NCBI GenBank assembly: GCA_041617635.1 | Contig: JBFJOO010000012.1 | Span: 1,488 to 65,487 of the forward strand | DNA: 64,000 nucleotides | Origin: Burkholderiales bacterium | GTDB taxonomy: Bacteria; Pseudomonadota; Gammaproteobacteria; Burkholderiales; SG8-39 | Reading direction: 5' to 3' | Part shown: in pieces, positions 47,637 to 57,367 of the stretch | How the letters are laid out: each line of letters begins with the position of its first letter | How positions within the stretch are numbered: the stretch's first letter is position 1 | Notes under the pieces: model-generated | What the model was told of the DNA's origin: nothing | The model's database searches: none | What the model saw: only the letters and a program-made list of their open reading frames with translations | Translations under genes and position numbers: made by a program

Positions 47637-48437
47637 ATGCCACGCATCGACATCGGGCGGCTCAACCTGAGCTACCAGGACGAGGGCCAGGGCGACGCCC
47701 TGCTGTTCATTCCCGGGCTGATCGGCCTGATGGACGCGTGGGACTTCCAGGTGCCGCACTTTGCGCAACGGTACCGGTGCATCCGGTTCGACCATCGCGG
47801 CTCGGGCGATAGCGACAAGGCGCCCGATGCCCGTTATTCAACCAGGCTGGTCGCGGAGGACATCATCCGGCTGCTCGACAAGCTCGGCATCGAGCGCGTC
47901 TACGCGGTCGGCGCATCGACGGGCGGGTGCATCCTGCAGAACCTGGCACTCGACCATCGCGAGCGCCTGCGCGCCTGCGTGTTCACGAACACCTGGACCA
48001 CTGCCGACGAGTACATCAGGCGCCTGCAGACTGCACGCATCCGCATCCTGCAGAGCTATGGCGCGGACGAGTACATCAGGTTCAGCTCGCTTTTCACTGC
48101 GGGCCCGGGACAGTTCCGGACCATGTTCGACAAGGTCCTCGCGCTCGAGGCGCGCCAGCGGCAGACGATCGCACCGGACGACATCCTCGTCGCGCGCCTC
48201 CAGATGACGCTCGACCACGACCGCTCGTCCGAGATCGGCCGGATCGATCGCCCCGCGCTGATCATCGGCGCGAACGACGACTCGGTCACGCCGGTGTATT
48301 TCGCGCACGACCTGCACGCGGCGATCCGCGGCTCGCGGCTGCACATCCTCGACGGCGGCGGTCACAACTCGTACCGGCAACGTCCCGCCGAGTGGAACGC
48401 GGCGGTGGACGCGTTCCTGAAAGACGTCGCCGCGTAG
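47637..48437 (+). CDS. Alpha/beta hydrolase
   Basis: 266 aa. It has FIPGLIG, RFDHRGSGDS, the elbow AVGASTGG and the C-terminal GGGHNSYRQRP motif. Confidence 0.8.
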   Translation: MPRIDIGRLNLSYQDEGQGDALLFIPGLIGLMDAWDFQVPHFAQRYRCIRFDHRGSGDSDKAPDARYSTRLVAEDIIRLLDKLGIERVYAVGASTGGCILQNLALDHRERLRACVFTNTWTTADEYIRRLQTARIRILQSYGADEYIRFSSLFTAGPGQFRTMFDKVLALEARQRQTIAPDDILVARLQMTLDHDRSSEIGRIDRPALIIGANDDSVTPVYFAHDLHAAIRGSRLHILDGGGHNSYRQRPAEWNAAVDAFLKDVAA

Positions 48438-48524
48438 CGCGCTCGCCGGTTCCGGGAGCACGTCCGATGCGGCGAGTCGACCGTTAACCTGGATGGCGGG
48501 CAAGATAGGGCGGCGGATCGGTCG

Positions 48525-49115
48525 ATGCTGGACAACCAGGAAATCAAGCGGCTGATCGTCGCTGCGGCGCTGCGCGGGGAGGGGTCCGCAGAGGCGTTCG
48601 AAGCCCTCTACCGGCAATGCGCGCCCCTCTTTCTGGGCATCGCGCGCCGGCTGGTAGGTCGCCGCGAGCTCGCCGAGGAGATCGTGCACGACAGCTTCGT
48701 CCGGATCTGGCAGTCGGCCGGACGCTACGATCCGACCAGCGGCCAGCCGCTGTCATGGATGGTCACCATCGTGCGGAACCGGGCGATCGATGTGCTCTCG
48801 AGCCACGACGTGTCGAGAGTCGACACGCTTGACCTCGATGCGTCCGCGCAGGACATCGACGCACTGTTCGACTGGACGTCCGACCCGGAGCAAGCGCTCG
48901 CCGCCGGACGCAGCTCGCGATTGCTGCGCGACTGCCTGGCGGCGCTGCAGGCCGCCGAGCGCCAGTCGCTCGTGCTCGCGTATGCGCACGGCATGAGTCA
49001 CAGCGAACTGGCGGAGCATCTGCAGAAGCCGCTCGGAACGGTCAAGGGCTGGCTGCGCCGCGGCTTGGCGAACTTGCGCGGCTGCGTCGAGCGCCACACG
49101 GAGGGCGCGCGATGA
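48525..49115 (+). CDS. ECF-type RNA polymerase sigma-70 family factor
   Basis: 196 aa. Region 2 is EEIVHDSFVRIWQSAGRYD...SWMVTIVRNRAIDVL and region 4 is LAYAHGMSHSELAEHLQKPLGTVKGWLRRGL. Confidence 0.85.
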   Translation: MLDNQEIKRLIVAAALRGEGSAEAFEALYRQCAPLFLGIARRLVGRRELAEEIVHDSFVRIWQSAGRYDPTSGQPLSWMVTIVRNRAIDVLSSHDVSRVDTLDLDASAQDIDALFDWTSDPEQALAAGRSSRLLRDCLAALQAAERQSLVLAYAHGMSHSELAEHLQKPLGTVKGWLRRGLANLRGCVERHTEGAR

Positions 49116-49801
49116 GGCTCGCGAGCGATCGCCGGCTCGACGCGTTGTGCGGCGAGTACCTGCTCGGCACGCTGCGCGGGCCCGCCCGTCGCCGCTTCGA
49201 GCGCGCGCTGCGCGAAGATCCGCAGGTCGCGCTGCGCCTGCGCCACTGGGAGCGCACGTTGTTGCCGAGGTATTCGGAGGTGATCGGAATCGAACCTTCG
49301 CGCGCGTCATGGCGGCGGCTCGATCGGGAGCTCGAACTCGATCGTTACCGGACGCGCTGGTATCGCAGGGTCGGTCTCTGGCGCGCCTGGGCACTTGCCG
49401 CCACATTCGCGCTCCTGGCCGGGCTCGCGATTCAGGTCCTGTTGCCGGCGCTGCGCACCGTCGAGCTGGTCGAGATCGCACGCCTCGAGTCGTCGGACAA
49501 GCGCGAAGTGCTGCGCGCCGCGCTGTCGAAGGATGGGCGTACGCTGCAGCTTCACGCCGCGCGGCCGGTGATTGCCGGCCCGACGCAGAGCTACGAGCTG
49601 TGGTTGCTGCCGGCCGGCGGCGGCGCACCGATCTCGCTCGCGGTCCTCGGTGCGCTCGACGCCCGGCTCGCGCTTCCCCCGGGCCAGGCGGAGCAGCTGA
49701 GAACCGGGGCAAAGCTCGCGGTGTCCGTCGAGCCGGCCGGTGGCTCGCCGACGGGCGCGCCGACCGGGCCGGTCATCCTGGTCGGGGAAGTCAGAGGCTG
49801 A
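49112..49801 (+). CDS. Anti-sigma factor (RskA/anti-sigma-K-like, single TM)
   Basis: The gene overlaps the sigma gene stop by 4 nt. It has an N-terminal anti-sigma helix region, a central TM helix (WRAWALAATFALLAGLAIQVLL) and the C-terminal LAVSVEPAGGSPTGAPTGPV motif typical of RskA. Confidence 0.75.
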   Translation: MRLASDRRLDALCGEYLLGTLRGPARRRFERALREDPQVALRLRHWERTLLPRYSEVIGIEPSRASWRRLDRELELDRYRTRWYRRVGLWRAWALAATFALLAGLAIQVLLPALRTVELVEIARLESSDKREVLRAALSKDGRTLQLHAARPVIAGPTQSYELWLLPAGGGAPISLAVLGALDARLALPPGQAEQLRTGAKLAVSVEPAGGSPTGAPTGPVILVGEVRG

Positions 49802-49897
49802 GATCCAAACAGCATTGCCGGTCGTCCTCGCAGTTGCAGTTCGGATCCGGCAAGCTGAAGTTGCCAGCGCGCATCGGCGCGTGGCCCGCAAAAACAG

Positions 49898-50578
49898 TCA
49901 ACGGAAGGTCGGTCCATAGGCCCACCCCACCAGCGACCGACGTAGGCCTCGGGTCACCGGCGTCACGCGATGGGCGAGGAAGGACGGAAAGAAGATCGCG
50001 GTGCCGTGCCGGACCGACTCCGGATGGGTCGCGACATTGATGAACTCGAGCGCGCCCCCTTCGTACTCACCCGGGTCGGAAAGCTGGATCGACATCGAGA
50101 GCTTGCGGGCGCTGGTCGAGCCCGGGCCGAGGTCGATGTGCCATTCGAAGTGCTGATCTTCACCGTACACCGTGTACTGCAGCGCGTCGACGAATCCGAC
50201 CAGCTCGATGCCGTAGTGACGGTTCACCTCGTGAAAGAGCCCGGCAAGCCGGTGAAAGAGCCACTCCGTGGCGGGGTTGGGTGTCAACCAGGCGATCCGG
50301 CTCACGCGATAGTGGCTCGGGCCACGCTCGACCCCGCCGGCCTCGTCGTGTGCCGCCTCGCCGAGCGCGATGATGCGGTCGCATTCCTCCCGGGAGAGCG
50401 CACCCTGCCGCGCCTGAACGGTCGCGAGCGCGGCGTTGGGCGCTGGGGCGGGTGCGCTCGCGAACGGGCCTCTGTCCTTCGGCCACTGCAACGAGACCCC
50501 GCCGCTCGGGTCTGAACCCACGACAGTCGGGAACGTATAGAGATACTGCGTGGCGTCGTCGCGGGCTGCGGAGGTCAT
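49898..50578 (-). CDS. 2OG-Fe(II) oxygenase family protein (prolyl 4-hydroxylase-like)
   Basis: 226 aa. The HxD...H...R facial-triad context (EWHIDLG ... GTAIFFPSFLAHRVTPVTRGLRRSL) fits the 2OG-Fe(II) oxygenase family. Confidence 0.75.
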   Translation of the reverse strand: MTSAARDDATQYLYTFPTVVGSDPSGGVSLQWPKDRGPFASAPAPAPNAALATVQARQGALSREECDRIIALGEAAHDEAGGVERGPSHYRVSRIAWLTPNPATEWLFHRLAGLFHEVNRHYGIELVGFVDALQYTVYGEDQHFEWHIDLGPGSTSARKLSMSIQLSDPGEYEGGALEFINVATHPESVRHGTAIFFPSFLAHRVTPVTRGLRRSLVGWAYGPTFR

Positions 50579-50697
50579 CTCAGGGCGGGCGCGGGCGATG
50601 CGGGAAGTGATCGGATTATAGTTGGGTGGAAGATCCCGGAGCGGCCCGTAGCCAAGCGACGCGCCAGGCCGCGCATGCTTGCCATCGACACCGATCC

Positions 50698-51249
50698 TCA
50701 GGCAGTCGCAGCGAGCCGGCCGCCGGCACGGCGCAGCAGATCGCGGGCCTCATCCGCCTCTTCTGGAGCGCCTGCCGCGAGCAGCACGATCTCGGACTCG
50801 CGCAGCGCCAGCTCCACTGCGCTGCCGTCATGCGATGGAATCCCGATGCGGGCGAGCAGCCGCCAGAGCGGGGTCGCGCCTTCTGGGGTGCCGTGGCGCG
50901 GATGATCCTCGACCAGCCAGTCCACGACCGAACCGAGCATCACCACGTTGCCGATAAATGGCACGAACATCACGGCAGCGCCGGGCAGCTGTTGCGCGAG
51001 ACGGTTCCAGGTCGGGCCCCACCGGCCCCAGAATTTCACGCGACTGCCGACCGTGGCACACCCGAGCAGATGCTCGCCACTCGGGGCGTCCTTGGCGACG
51101 ATCGACAGCTTCCCGAGATCGAAACCCACGCGCTGCAAGGCGGCCAGCGCGGACTCCGCGCTGTCGGGCGATGCGAATGCCGCAACCACACCGAGCGATC
51201 GCACGCCCGGCGGATGGATTCTCACGCTGGTGAGGAGGGTTGCTGCCAT
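50698..51249 (-). CDS. Hypothetical protein (possible YflT/general-stress-like N-domain with a hydrophobic core segment)
   Basis: 183 aa with plausible coding composition. VVAAFASPDSAESALAALQRVGFD resembles small stress-protein domains, so the assignment is weak. Confidence 0.5.
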   Translation of the reverse strand: MAATLLTSVRIHPPGVRSLGVVAAFASPDSAESALAALQRVGFDLGKLSIVAKDAPSGEHLLGCATVGSRVKFWGRWGPTWNRLAQQLPGAAVMFVPFIGNVVMLGSVVDWLVEDHPRHGTPEGATPLWRLLARIGIPSHDGSAVELALRESEIVLLAAGAPEEADEARDLLRRAGGRLAATA

Positions 51250-51447
51250 CGGACCTCGCTTCGCGTCGCGGGATGGACGCCTGTACGCTGGCCAGCGTAG
51301 GCGTCGAGACTTAACGGGGGCTTAAGCCGCGCATCGGAGGTCGACGCGTCGCGGCGCCTCGTTCGGGGCGGGTGATTCCCGCTTAGACTTGCGGAATGAT
51401 CTTCCCAATCACTCCGGCGCTACCGGGGCTCCGCTCCGCATAGCAAG

Positions 51448-52158
51448 ATGAAACTTTCGATCGTCATTCCGGCGTTCAACGAGGAGCGGCTCATCGCCCG
51501 GACGCTCGGCTGCATTCGCGAGGCGCTGCAAGGCTGGGACGCGGAGATCATCGTCTGCGACAACAACTCGACCGACCGTACCGCCGAGATCGCGCGGGAT
51601 GCCGGGGCCATCGTGGTCTTCGAGCCGATCAACCAGATCGCGCGCGCGCGAAATGCCGGCGCGGCCAGCGCCACGGGCGACTGGCTGGTGTTCGTCGACG
51701 CCGACTCGAGCCCGAGTCGGGAGCTGTTCGGCGACATGGCCGCGGCCATCCGGTCCGGCCGCTACCTCGGCGGCGGCAGCACCGTCGCCTTCGCGAATCC
51801 GCAGCTCGACGTCAGGATCTGGGTCGCGTTGTGGAACACCCTGAGCCGCGTCACCGGCTGGGCGGCGGGCTCGTTCATCTTCTGCGACGCCGCCGCGTTC
51901 CGCGAGGCGGGCGGCTTCAACGACGCACTCTTCGCCGCCGAGGAGATCGATTTCTCGCGCCGCATGAAGCGCCTGGCGCGCCGCCGCCGCATGCGCTTCG
52001 CCATCCTGCACCGCGCTCCCCTCCTCACCAGCGACCGCAAGGTGCACCTCTACAGCCGGTACGAGCACCTCGCTTTCCTGCTGCGGTTCCTCGCGACCGG
52101 CGGGCGGAGCCTGCGCAACCGCGACGCCTGCGTGGTCTGGTACGACGGGCGGCGCTAA
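51448..52158 (+). CDS. Glycosyltransferase family 2
   Basis: 236 aa. MKLSIVIPAFNEE..., CDNNSTDRT and FVDAD (the DxD motif) fit a GT-A fold GT2 enzyme. Confidence 0.8.
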   Translation: MKLSIVIPAFNEERLIARTLGCIREALQGWDAEIIVCDNNSTDRTAEIARDAGAIVVFEPINQIARARNAGAASATGDWLVFVDADSSPSRELFGDMAAAIRSGRYLGGGSTVAFANPQLDVRIWVALWNTLSRVTGWAAGSFIFCDAAAFREAGGFNDALFAAEEIDFSRRMKRLARRRRMRFAILHRAPLLTSDRKVHLYSRYEHLAFLLRFLATGGRSLRNRDACVVWYDGRR

Positions 52159-52286
52159 CCGCGGCAGAACAAGTCACCGGAAGGCCGCTGACGCGTCGGA
52201 TATCGCGTGCGCCGGACATGGCGCTCGAATCCCCGCCATCGCGCGCGTCCGGTTGCACGCGGAACGGGCACCGACCGGATCGGTCG

Positions 52287-52769
52287 CTACTTTTCGGGGA
52301 CGAAGCGCATGCTGCGCCGGATCTCCTCGACGTCGGCCGGTCGCGCGAAGGGCGCCGGGGTCGGCTCGCCGGGCGTGCGCGGGCGGCCGAGCGCGCGGAA
52401 CCAGTCCTCGAGCCCCGCGGGCATGATCGCCCAGAACATTTTCAGCGGCACCGTGCCGTCGTTCTCGACCGTGTGCTGCACGTAGCGCCCGACCATGAAG
52501 GTCGAGCCCTGGCGCACGCGGTGCCACGCGCCGTCGATCTCGGCGCGGCCCTCCCCTTCGTAGACGAACAGGATCTCGTTGGCGCGCTCGTGCGCATGCC
52601 GGCGCACGGAGGCGCCGGGCTCGAGCACCTGCACGCCGGCCGAGATCAGATCGTTCGGCGAGTTGTAGGGGCTGATCTTGACCGTCACGTAGCCGGTGGA
52701 TGGCTGCGGCTGCCAGTACGAGTCGCCCTCCTCCGGGCCGACCGCGAGCGCGACGCCCTTATCGTTCAT
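52287..52769 (-). CDS. Cupin domain protein
   Basis: Trimmed to MNDKGVALAV. The cupin motifs are G-x5-H-x-H-x3-E (PGASVRRHAHERANEILFV) and G..F.V.....H.VEN. Confidence 0.75.
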   Translation of the reverse strand: MNDKGVALAVGPEEGDSYWQPQPSTGYVTVKISPYNSPNDLISAGVQVLEPGASVRRHAHERANEILFVYEGEGRAEIDGAWHRVRQGSTFMVGRYVQHTVENDGTVPLKMFWAIMPAGLEDWFRALGRPRTPGEPTPAPFARPADVEEIRRSMRFVPEK

Positions 52770-53466
52770 CGGCGTTCTCCAGGAATTCGAGCAGGACTTG
52801 ATTGTAGGACTGCGCGTCGACCGCCTGCGGGAAATGGCCGCCGCGCGGCAGCACGCGCAGCACGGCGCCCGGAATCCCGGCGGCGATGCGGCGCGAGTGG
52901 CCGAGCGGCACCAGCCGGTCGTCCTCCGCGCACAGCACCAGCGTCGGCGCGCGGATCGCGCCGAGCTTCGCCGAGCGGTCGAACGCGAGGATCGCGTCCA
53001 TGCGCATGGCAAGCCCCGGGGTGTCCGCCGGGTCGTGCGCGCCGATGAGCTCCGGGTGCGCGGCGAGCCAGTCGTCCGGCCAGGCGATGAGCGCGCCGAG
53101 CGTCGCGGCCTCCTGCGGACCGAGCTCGGCGAGCACGCGCTTGCGCAGGCGGAACAGCGCCGCGAAGGGCGGCGTCGGCGCGCACCAGGTAGCGCTCAGC
53201 ACCACGCTGCGCACGCGCTCCGGCTGGTCCGCTGCGAGCACCTGCGCGATCGCGCCCCCGGTCGAGTGCCCGACGATGTGACAGCGCTCGATGCCGCGCT
53301 CGTCCAGCAGATCGAGCGCGTCCTGCGCCAGCATCTCGACGCTATTGCGCGCCTTCAAGTCGTAGGTGAGCGGCGCGAACCGGGTCGCGAGCGCCGGAAC
53401 CTGGCGGTCCCAGAAGCTCGCGCGGCCGCCGAGACCAGTGATCAGCAGGACGGTGGATTTCGTCAT
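52759..53466 (-). CDS. Alpha/beta hydrolase
   Basis: 235 aa. LLITGLGG, the elbow IVGHSTGG and the C-terminal RGGHFPQ motif are present. The start shares one nucleotide with the upstream HpaB-like stop (TGATG). Confidence 0.8.
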   Translation of the reverse strand: MTKSTVLLITGLGGRASFWDRQVPALATRFAPLTYDLKARNSVEMLAQDALDLLDERGIERCHIVGHSTGGAIAQVLAADQPERVRSVVLSATWCAPTPPFAALFRLRKRVLAELGPQEAATLGALIAWPDDWLAAHPELIGAHDPADTPGLAMRMDAILAFDRSAKLGAIRAPTLVLCAEDDRLVPLGHSRRIAAGIPGAVLRVLPRGGHFPQAVDAQSYNQVLLEFLENADER

Positions 53467-54905
53467 CAGTAGCCGTTCATGAACTCGCGCACCAGGTCCT
53501 GGTAGCTCTCCCAGGGGCAGTGCACGAAGTTGTAGTTACGCACCGAGAACGCCGGGCCGATGAAGAACTTCTCGTACGAGGCGGCGCGGCTCGCCCACTC
53601 CGAGCCGATCAGGTCCCAGGCGAGCTTGAAGAGCTTCAGCCGCTCGAGTGCGTCCTCCTTCGGCGTGCTCCAGTACTGCTCGAACAGCGCCTTCAGCTGC
53701 GGGTCGTTCAGCACCGCGACGCTGGCCGGCATCTGGAAGCTGCCGCCGCCCATCAGCTCGCGGATCTGGTCGAGCAGCGGCGCGTGGTTCTCCATCGCCC
53801 AGTGCAGCGCGGCGTACATGTAGCGGCGGTTGTACAGCGCGTAGCCGTTCTCGATCTCGTGAAAGGCCATGTGCTGGGCGTCGATCATCGCGCTGAAACC
53901 GGCCTCGGCGGCGGCAAAGCGCCCGAGCGTCTCGCGCACCACCGGCACGTCGCGCGCGCCGGTCGAATGCGTCACCAGGCTCGCCAGGCCGAGCAGGAAG
54001 CGGAGCTTCGAACGGAACCGCACGGTCGACTGGTGGTTCGCCATGACGTGCGCCGGCGTCTGCACCAGCACCGCACGTGCGAGCGCCGGATTGTCGTGCA
54101 CGAACACCCGCTCCCAGGGGACGAACACGTCCTGGAACACCAGCATGCAATCCGACTCGTCGTAGCGCGCGGTGAGCGGATGGTCGAAGGGCTCGACCAC
54201 GTCGCGCTCGAAGGACTTGCGCGCCCACAGCGACAGGCCCTTCAGGTTCGGCGGAATGATCGCAGTGACCGATTCTTTGAGCTGGTCCGGGGCGAGCGGC
54301 AGGATGTTGCCGATCATGATCTGGTTGGCGAAGGCCGCGTTCGTCGCCAGCATCTTCATGCCGTTCAGCACCACGCCCGCGTCGGTCTCCTGCGTGACGC
54401 GGAGCGCGGGGACGAGGCGCCCGGAGCCCTCGTAGAACTTCGGGTCGCGCCCGCCCTGCGGCGGCAGGATCGCGTAGACCAGGAACTCGTCCGCGTGCCG
54501 CAGCTGCTGCCAGATCGCCAGCAGATGGTCCTTGTGCCCCCCGGACGCATCCAAGATCTCCGGCTGCATCGTCATGCCGGTGACCGAGCCGGCGCCGGCG
54601 TCCGGCGAGCGCCCGAGCACGCCGCAGCCGAAGTCCGCGATGAGCGCGTGGGCCTGCGTGCGGCGAATCAAGTCCGCCTGGCTGCGCGGCCGCAGGAAAT
54701 ACATGCTGAAGCGCTCGCCGTCCTCCTCGTAGCTCATGAGGTCGCGCAGCTCGGGGCGGCACTTCAGGTCGTAGAGCGCCGCCCAGGTACGGGCCGCGCC
54801 GCGGAACGCCGGGTGCGCGGTGACGTCCCCGATGCGCTCGTCGGCGAGGTAGAGCACCCGGCCGTCGCGGATGCTTTCCAGATACTCGGCACCGGTTTTC
54901 AGCAT
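53466..54905 (-). CDS. 4-hydroxyphenylacetate 3-monooxygenase oxygenase-component family (HpaB-like, flavin-dependent)
   Basis: 479 aa. MLKTGAEYLESIRDGRVLYL...GDVTAHPAFRG plus the ACAD-like fold motifs are typical of the HpaB/TC-FDM family. No reductase gene is adjacent. Confidence 0.85.
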   Translation of the reverse strand: MLKTGAEYLESIRDGRVLYLADERIGDVTAHPAFRGAARTWAALYDLKCRPELRDLMSYEEDGERFSMYFLRPRSQADLIRRTQAHALIADFGCGVLGRSPDAGAGSVTGMTMQPEILDASGGHKDHLLAIWQQLRHADEFLVYAILPPQGGRDPKFYEGSGRLVPALRVTQETDAGVVLNGMKMLATNAAFANQIMIGNILPLAPDQLKESVTAIIPPNLKGLSLWARKSFERDVVEPFDHPLTARYDESDCMLVFQDVFVPWERVFVHDNPALARAVLVQTPAHVMANHQSTVRFRSKLRFLLGLASLVTHSTGARDVPVVRETLGRFAAAEAGFSAMIDAQHMAFHEIENGYALYNRRYMYAALHWAMENHAPLLDQIRELMGGGSFQMPASVAVLNDPQLKALFEQYWSTPKEDALERLKLFKLAWDLIGSEWASRAASYEKFFIGPAFSVRNYNFVHCPWESYQDLVREFMNGY

Positions 54906-55354
54906 GCTGACTCGACGATCGTTAGGCGGTCGATCTCAGCGTACCACGACCGGTGCGCGGGTCCGACGCGCCCCGGGTGCGCGGACACCCCGACGTGCCC
55001 CCGAAGTTGCTCCCCAGCGCGAACGCCGCGCTCCCGCTAGGAGAAGCGTAGCCGACTCGAACACGGAGTGCGCCACGCGACAGAGTTTGCGAGCATCGAT
55101 TTCGAACCATCGATACGCGCATGACGAACCCCTCGAAAGCGGGTAGTCGTCGGGGACCGCAGCGGCAACAACCGTGCGGCGCAGCACGCGAATGGGTTCC
55201 GCGGGATACTGCCGACAACAGCGAATCGGACGGGCTCGTTCGCCGAAATCGACCCGCTTCGCAACGCCCGCTGGCACGCTCGGCATCCGAGACGTGGCGA
55301 GCACGGCAAGAAGCAGCGAGAATGTGCGGGCAACGGCCCGGGGGAGGACGCGCA

Positions 55355-56011
55355 ATGGCGACACGAAAATCGGCGAAGGCAACGAGCAAGGGCAAATCGG
55401 CGAAGTCAGTCAAAGGAGCGTCCAAGCGGCGTTCGGCAAAGCCGGCAGTCAGCGCGGCCGCCAAGCGAGCGGCGGATTTCACCCGGCGGCTTGGCAAGCG
55501 CATCGGCAAAGGCCTGAAGAACGCGAAGAAGAAGGTCACCAAGGCGACCGCCTCGGCGACCGAGCGGGCGGCGAAGCAGACCCCGGCGATGAAGCGGGCG
55601 GTGAGCAAGGCGATCGGCAGCGCCAAGACCAGGCTCGGCGACGCCCAGCAGGCGCTCAAGCAGGCAGCCAACTCCGCCGGGCGCTACGCCTCTCGGGAGC
55701 TTCCGCGCGCCAAGGTCGCGGCGCGCAGCGCGCTGCACGAAGCCGGCTCGAAGGTCGGGCAGGCGAAGACGGCGGTCGAGACGTACGTCGCGCGGCGCGC
55801 ACCGGAGGTCAAGCGCGCCGCGAAGTCGGCCGCCGAGAACGTGGCGAAGAAGGTCGCGCCCTTGAAGGCGCGTGCGCAGAGCCGGGCGGAGCCCGCCGAA
55901 AAGCGCTCCGAGCCCGTACCGCCCGCGACCACCGAGCCGGGCAACGAACCGGTCGGGACGCCATCGCCGAGCGTGGGCGAGGCGGACAAGCCCGCGAAGC
56001 CCGGCGCCTGA
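55355..56011 (+). CDS. Lys/Ala-rich low-complexity basic protein (histone H1/AlgP-like or amphipathic-repeat protein)
   Basis: Trimmed to MATRKSAKATSKGKSAKSVKG, with a GGGGGAGG Shine-Dalgarno upstream. K/A-rich amphipathic repeats (KRA.KSA..NVAKKV) recur through the protein. Function is not assignable from sequence. Confidence 0.6.
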   Translation: MATRKSAKATSKGKSAKSVKGASKRRSAKPAVSAAAKRAADFTRRLGKRIGKGLKNAKKKVTKATASATERAAKQTPAMKRAVSKAIGSAKTRLGDAQQALKQAANSAGRYASRELPRAKVAARSALHEAGSKVGQAKTAVETYVARRAPEVKRAAKSAAENVAKKVAPLKARAQSRAEPAEKRSEPVPPATTEPGNEPVGTPSPSVGEADKPAKPGA

Positions 56012-56214
56012 TCGGACGCGGGGTCGCCCGCCGCTTTCGCCGCCCCTCGGGATCCTCTCCGTCCGGCGTGGTTCGTTCCCGATTGAGACCGGGTTAGCGA
56101 TCACTCAGGGCAAACGCCGCGTGATTTTCGCGGCGTCTTGCCGGCGCCGGCGGTCAGCCCGGGCACGGACCCTGCTCTTGCAGATCGAGGCGACTCAAGG
56201 AGTGCAGGCATAGC

Positions 56215-56991
56215 ATGACGAGTTCACCGACGGACGCGAGCACAGCTTCCGACGCGGTGCCGGGCGGGCCGGCAAGCGGGGCCGCGCCGGGCAACGAGTA
56301 TGTGGTCCGGTCGCGCACCGAGATCGTGGCCATCCTGGCGATGCTCCAGCGCGAACGCGATCCGGTGACGATCCAGCTCAAGGGCGAAGAGGATTTCGTA
56401 CTGAGCTCGGTGCTCGCGGTGGACCCCGACGCCGACCGCATCGTGCTTGCCTACGGCCTCGACAAACCGCGGAATGCCGCGCTGCTACGCGCGAAGCGCC
56501 TCGCCTGCGAGAGCGCACACCGCGACTCGAAATTGCAGTTCGTGCTGCAGCTCCCCGAAGAGACGATCTTCCAGGGCGCGCCCGCATTCATGGCCGCGCT
56601 GCCGCCGTATGTCTGCCGCCTGCAGCGCCGGCGCGAGCGGCGCATCAAAGTGCCGAAGTTCGCGCCGCTCCTCGCGACGCTCGACTTTGGGGTGCTTGGC
56701 AAAGTCCAGGTCGAGGTCGTCGACATCAGCATGAACGGCATTGGCATGATCGCCTGCCCAGCCGACGTCGTGCTCGAGCCAGGGGAGTGCCTGAACGGCT
56801 GCGAGATCCGGCTGCCCGGCACCGGCGCAGTGGCCGCCGACCTGCGCGTCGCTCACATCAAGGACCTTACGCCGAGCGGGGCCGATCAACCGGTGCGCCG
56901 CATCGGCTGCGAGTTCATCGCGCCGCAAGCCGAACTCACCGCGCTCATCGAGCACTACATAGTGCGGCTCCCGGCGGACGCGGCTGCCTGA
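56215..56991 (+). CDS. PilZ domain c-di-GMP receptor (YcgR-like, PilZN + PilZ)
   Basis: 258 aa with an AAGGAG Shine-Dalgarno upstream. The RxxxR motif (RLQRRRERRIKV) and the D/N-x-S-x-x-G motif (DISMNGIG) are about 30 aa apart, as in PilZ domains. Confidence 0.75.
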   Translation: MTSSPTDASTASDAVPGGPASGAAPGNEYVVRSRTEIVAILAMLQRERDPVTIQLKGEEDFVLSSVLAVDPDADRIVLAYGLDKPRNAALLRAKRLACESAHRDSKLQFVLQLPEETIFQGAPAFMAALPPYVCRLQRRRERRIKVPKFAPLLATLDFGVLGKVQVEVVDISMNGIGMIACPADVVLEPGECLNGCEIRLPGTGAVAADLRVAHIKDLTPSGADQPVRRIGCEFIAPQAELTALIEHYIVRLPADAAA

Positions 56992-57135
56992 TCCGGGCCG
57001 AGGACTTGAGCTTCTCCAGGCTGCATCCGCGCCAAGGATGCGACGCATTCCACGACTTCGACGGCGCGTCGTCGCGCATTAGGACCGTTCCGCCCGCGCA
57101 GAAGTTTCGATGATTCGCGGTTCTGTTAGCACAGG

Positions 57136-57149
57136 TCCTCGCGCGAGGA
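57136..57149. promoter_or_regulatory. Perfect 14-bp palindrome TCCTCGCGCGAGGA in the 375-nt leader upstream of the cyclase gene
   Basis: Read directly from the sequence. It could be a dimeric-regulator site or an RNA hairpin, and I have no functional evidence for either. Confidence 0.3.
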
Positions 57150-57367
57150 TTCCCGGAGAACTAACCTCGCTCATTTGCCCGGGATCACGCCTGCGCATCG
57201 CGCGTCTCGCGGGAGTGGGCGAGCAGTAGTCCTGCCCGCAGGCGTCGTGCGGGTCGCCGCATTCGATGAGGCGCTCGAGGCATCTGAGCACAGCGGCTAG
57301 GCGCGGTGGCGTATGGCACGCGGACGAGAAGCGTGCTAATCCTTCGCATACTTCTGGAGATGTCACC

